Made by a program: the position numbers and the translations under genes. Of a stretch of 64,000 bases of DNA, positions 59,356 to 64,000 are shown piece after piece. The notes beneath the pieces were generated by a model. The model did no database searches, was not told where the DNA came from, and saw only the letters and a list, made by a program, of their open reading frames with translations. Origin of the DNA: Negaprion brevirostris (lineage: Eukaryota). The first letter of the stretch is position 1. Every line of letters begins with the position of its first letter. The stretch is from positions 53,468,817-53,532,816 of the forward strand of contig JARDVH010000059.1 of NCBI GenBank assembly GCA_030324005.1, read 5' to 3'.

Positions 59356-62270
59356 CTCTCTCAGCCTAGCCCTGACCAACTGTGTATCTGCAGGAAAGAG
59401 CGAAGAACTCATTATAGTTGATACAAGAACTACATTTTCAGTCTCGACCAAAGATTATGCAAATGGGATTCGAAGTGTGCCAGGACAGGCGTCTATATTG
59501 GGACTCTCCGGGACTTCACAAGCAATGCCATTCTCAGAGCCATTAGATGTTCAGGAGACTAAGGATATGCACACCTTCCTACTATCAAAAGACACCCTGT
59601 AAACCTATGCACTCAGGACTTGCTCTGCAAAGTGCAAGCTGTGATTAGTTGCTCTGAAAAGGGGATAGGGGTCGAGGTTCCCCACTCCAAGTTACAAATT
59701 CCCCTTTTATACATGTCTGGTGTAATTATACACATATAAGTAAGATTCACAAACACCTTCTGGGATCCCTCCATTTGGGCCTCACAAGCAGCTTCCAGCT
59801 ATCAAAAGAATTTGCATTTGGGTCACTGAACTTTGAAAATACATTGTATGGCCTTTTACAATGTCACTGGTATTGACTGGGAGGAAAGTGTCTTTTACAA
59901 GCAATTTTTACAAATCTCATCCTGGCTGAAGGTTCAGACTATTCTGGTGAGACCAGGGGGTGTCACTGCAATAGTCATCCTGCCACGCAGGCACAGGAAC
60001 TATTCCGAATAGTGCCCCGCACTGTACATTGGCCATTACTGAAGGATGGGTGCCCCAGGATTTAGGACTAAGAACCAAGAGGATGAAACGTTTAGAAGTT
60101 AATGAACACGGGCAAATGCAAAAGTACACTCTTGTGCAGTATGAACAAGGACAAGGGCTTGGTCCACCCCTCCACGAACCCCTTAGTTTTGAGGCTACTT
60201 TTGAAATGTGGGATGCTGAATCTGGTCATTATCTTCTCCAGCCAGAACTAGAGAACCTGTTAGACAAGGTCCCCGAAAACCTATGGGCCAGTCACCTTGA
60301 TCACGTCCGGCGAATGTTAACTGCACAACCCCACAAGGTTATTCTCAACCCCTCAAGACCATTGCCACATAAACCTCAGTACACTCTGTCGGTCTCAGCC
60401 ACTCAAGGGATTGCACCAGTAATCAAGTCATTACTGGATCAGGGCATCATAATACTGGCAAAAAGTCCCTGCAACACACCAATTCTCCCTGCTCAGAAAC
60501 CAAATGGGAGGTGGCAATGAAGCAGTTTTTCTTACATATCCAGTTGCTCCCAATCAAGCAACTATTCTTACTAGTATTCCTGCTGGGTCTCCCTATTTCA
60601 CAGTCATCGATCTCTTCGCCTTTTTCTCTGTACCTATACATCTAGACTCTCAGGTCCTTTTTGTGTTTACATGTGAAGAATCCCAGTATACATGGATGAG
60701 ACTCCCACAAGACTCTACTGAGAGCCTCCCAATTTTCTCCCAATGCCTGAAGAGAGATTTAGAAGACATAGTGTTACCTCAACCCTGACACAGTATTTAG
60801 AAGACCTTCTATTTGCTATTGTCACACATCACTGCATAGTTGAAGTTGCAGCATTACCAAATACTTCTTCTGCCCAGTAGGCAAAGTTGTTTGCTTTAAC
60901 CCTAGCATGTATTCTGGCTACAAGATGAATTATCAATATTTACGCTGACTTATGGTATGCATTCGGAGTAACCCATTGAGCAGATTTAGAAATACCAAAG
61001 GTACGTAACCTCAGCTGATTGGGCTGATAACCTCCTACTTGCCAGAAAATTACAGTTATTAAATGCTTAGCATATACCGGCCACCAAGATGAAGTTGCCT
61101 TGAACAATGGAAGGGGTGACAGGGCTACATCAAGGGCCAGCACTCCAGGTGTCTGCTTACATCCTTAAATGCACTAAACTCATTGATCCAATGCCCATAA
61201 TTAATGTTGTACTGGCCTCACAATCGCAGGCCAGCACTAAGGAGTTGTTAGCCTGGGAACAGGAAATGGGGATTCCCCATGATGGCTGCGTGGTGGCATC
61301 CAGATCCTTATTCCCATGGATTGCCCCCAGTGTTCATACTTTCACACATGCGGGCAAAGGGGGGAATGGAATATTTTAAAAACATGGTATTTCGGCAATT
61401 GAAAAATAACTCAGTGAAAGATCTGTTACCTGTCAAACCATGAATCTTGGAAAAACAGAAAAAGTCTGCCCCCCCATCCAAATCCAACAGGATCCTTGGT
61501 AAATCTGTAAATGGATTTCACTGAATTACTCCTCTATATGGGATGTATTCGTAAATGTAGATATACTTTCTATAGGATTGAAGCCTTTCCATGTAAAAGA
61601 AATGATGTTGCTAAATATTTGCTAAAAGAAATTGTGCCACAATTTGACAAGTACAGCTTTCAAGTAATGGATCAGATTTTGCCGGGACAGTTATGAAAAA
61701 AATGTGCCAAGCATTGCAAATCAAACAGCATTTTCATTGCAATTATCACCCACAGTCAGCTGGATTGGTAGAGAGATATAATGGAATTCTGAAGAACAAG
61801 CAGGCAAAACTGTGTGCCAAAACTCGACTAAAATGGGTTGAACTGTTACCCCTAGCATTAATGGTAATGCAGTCAGCAACAAACAGACAACTGGGATATC
61901 ACCACACGAAATCATCATGAGGCGCCCCCAACATTTGCCTTTTCCAGCACCACTTACTGTTAAGCAGATGAATATCCACAGAATGGAAGAAAAAATGCTA
62001 AACTATTTTATTGCTTTAACAAAATGTTTCCATTCCCAGGTAAAGGAAGCTCAGACTGATTCCACAGAAGGGAGATAGCACAGCTTAGAGCTGGGTGACA
62101 TTGTTCATGTGTAAGTGTTTGAAAGAGAGAATAGTCTTCACCCAAGATTTGAAGGCCCTTATCAAGTTTTGTTGACCACCAACACTGTGGCCAAGATGAA
62201 GAAAAACAGACATGGATTCACACATCTCACTGCAAGAGGGATCCATGTCCCAAGGAAAAGGAATCACCAG
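59356..62270 (+). pseudogene. pol: Endogenous retrovirus pro-pol (PR, 2H domain, RT, RNase H, IN; decayed, RT partly deleted)
   Basis: PR: IVDTRTTFS (59420) and PVNL..DLLCK. RT: SPCNTPILPAQKPNGRW, FTVIDL.AFFSVPIH, QYTWMRLPQ, QYLEDLL. RNase H: SAQ*AKLFAL, NIYAD..YAFGV. IN: HTFTH..C..C, MDFTE, YHPQSAGLVERYNGILK, FEGPYQVLLTT. Confidence 0.92.
59833..60095 (+). pseudogene. 2H phosphoesterase (CNPase-like) domain within ERV pol
   Basis: IHCMAF (59842; HCT>HCM by one C>T), ILVRPGGVTAIVIL, then after a frameshift SAPHCTLAITEGWVPQDLG (60020). Parallels CNPase LHCTT..LFVTP.T.GA.V.L..AHITLG. Confidence 0.7.
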
Positions 62271-62299
62271 CCTCACCGATGAAGGAAATTGACATTAAG

Positions 62300-63480
62300 A
62301 CTATTTTCTTGTGATATTCATGATACCTGTATTGTCTGAATTGTATATAAATACCTTCAAGCACATGTCACACATCTATGTCAAGGATATCAACACTTTC
62401 AGGCTGTTGGGTGTTTACACATGTATGGATACACTCAAAATTCCTTTAAGACCAATTCTTTTCAATGAATCAGAAACAGCAGAATGGTGGCTGAATCAGA
62501 AAAAGGTCACCCAAAATCAGAACAATAGTATTTCTTCAGGACAGACTAAGGACAGCAAGGAACATTGGGAATCAGCTGGGTATAATATGAATCAGTTTAA
62601 GGGGTGGTTACAACCTAATTATGACCTTTCTCAGAAATCCTTACGAACATCATGGAATTGGGGGACCCAATGGGACAATTTGTCTGCTCAGTATACAGAA
62701 ACAAGTCAGTGTAACCATTCACTAATCCTCACATCTGCAAACACTATAACTGAAGGAAAAGTTTACAAACCTTAAATGGAAATACTTTGTGTGTGGACAC
62801 AAAGCATATGCCTAGTTGCCATTAAATTGGGAAGGGGCATGTTACCTGGGATATGTAATATCTATCATTTCCCTCCCTAACACATCAACTCCTTTATCGG
62901 TCTAAATGAGCCCTTACAAAAACAACAATTCCTTTCGATCCTTTATCCCTCTGTTGGAGTGGGATTTTCCTCAGTTGAAATCGTAAAACTGGCTAAATTA
63001 CTAAAAGTGGTGTCAAATTATACTATAAAAGCTATAAAAGGGTTAAGCAATAAGATGACAGCCATAAGAATAGTGACTTTGCAAAACAGGATGGCCCTAG
63101 ATTATTTGTTAGTTGAGAAAGGCGGGACATGTGCTATGATAGGGTTTGAATACTGCACATATATCCCTGACCATTCTGAGGAAACAGGTAGCTTGGTGGA
63201 CAATATCTGTAAAGAGGTTAAGAAGTTTAAGGAACCAGATTCTTGGGGAATTTTTGGTTGGGCGAGGGGATGGTTAGGTCAGTCCCTAGTACATGAGTTA
63301 ATTATATTTTGGCCATTATCTTTACTCTATTTGCCATGATGAAGTATTGTTGTGTACAGCTTGGAAATGCAGTAATTCCAGGAGCTGCAACCACTATGAT
63401 GACAGTAACAACTCCAGAAGTCTCAGAGAATGTAGTAGAAAAGGAAACGGAGAAAGTTTACAAGATTTGGCTAGATTGAA
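62300..63480 (+). pseudogene. env: Endogenous retrovirus env, gamma-type (decayed)
   Basis: CWVF (CWxC remnant, ~62405), furin site RSK* (~62898), immunosuppressive motif LQNRMALDYLLVEKGGTC followed by degenerate CX6CC (CAMIGFEYC), then a hydrophobic TM segment. Confidence 0.9.
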
Positions 63481-63501
63481 ATTGTTGTTCTTGAGAAGGA
63501 C

Positions 63502-63513
63502 AAAAGGAGGGAA
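63502..63513 (+). promoter_or_regulatory. Retroviral polypurine tract
   Basis: aaaaggagggaa just after env and directly before TG. Confidence 0.75.
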
Positions 63514-64000
63514 TGTAGAAAGATAGAAAAGAAAAGGACTACTTGAAGATTGGCAGACTGCTAGGGTTTTTGATTCACTTTATATCAACAGGGAGTAAGT
63601 CTTTAGCAATAGAGTGAAGTGTTTTAAAGGTACATGCAATATCTTTAATTAGTCCGTACATATAAATATATTTCTACACATTTCAGAAATTAAACAAAGA
63701 AACTTTGATGAGTGCTCATTTGATACCAAACATATGTCAGATACATTTCTTTAAAGAAATGAAGTGTTGGAATCACAAGGCCATAAAGGACATTAATTGC
63801 CTCACCAGACACCTTATCTGATACAACAGTGAGTTTTAATGAAGCTGCTTCAATGAAGCTGCTTTAATGCTTTAATGAAGCTGCTTTCACAGTTCTTGGT
63901 CAAAACAGAGTCAGACAGACATTAATCTCTTAGCTAACGAAAAAGTGATGGTAGAGGACATAGTGGGAACTGACAAGAATTAATGGTAACATAATGACAC
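63514..64000 (+). mobile_element. ERV 3' LTR (U3, truncated by window end)
   Basis: Begins TGTAGAAAG after the PPT. Contains 14-bp repeats aatgaagctgctt(t/c) at 63838-63887. Confidence 0.7.

Overview
Eukaryotic, repeat-rich vertebrate DNA with many N gaps. The HE1-type SINEs, CR1 LINEs and Penelope-derived repeats point to a shark or other elasmobranch (inference). The + strand carries the 3' half of alpha-dystrobrevin (DTNA) as 13 coding exons from 5418 to 48067. All have GT/AG sites and consistent phases, and they cover three syntrophin-binding-site exons, the coiled coils, the alpha-DB2-type exon and the alpha-DB1 tail ending VSLQG*. The introns hold CR1, L2 and Rex1 LINE fragments, tRNA-derived SINEs, two decayed two-gene Harbinger transposons, a hAT fragment, Penelope-derived inverted repeats (one with an intact-looking minimal hammerhead ribozyme), two U2-snRNA-derived repeat copies and two minisatellites. 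The distal part has a probable solo LTR, a satellite-like array (about 621 bp period, about 200 bp monomers) that switches polarity, and a decayed gamma/epsilon-like endogenous retrovirus (gag-pro-pol-env, PPT, start of 3' LTR). Its pol contains a CNPase-like 2H phosphodiesterase domain between protease and RT. Almost all ORFs in the supplied track are spurious. Family assignments were made by eye from remembered motifs, with no database search.
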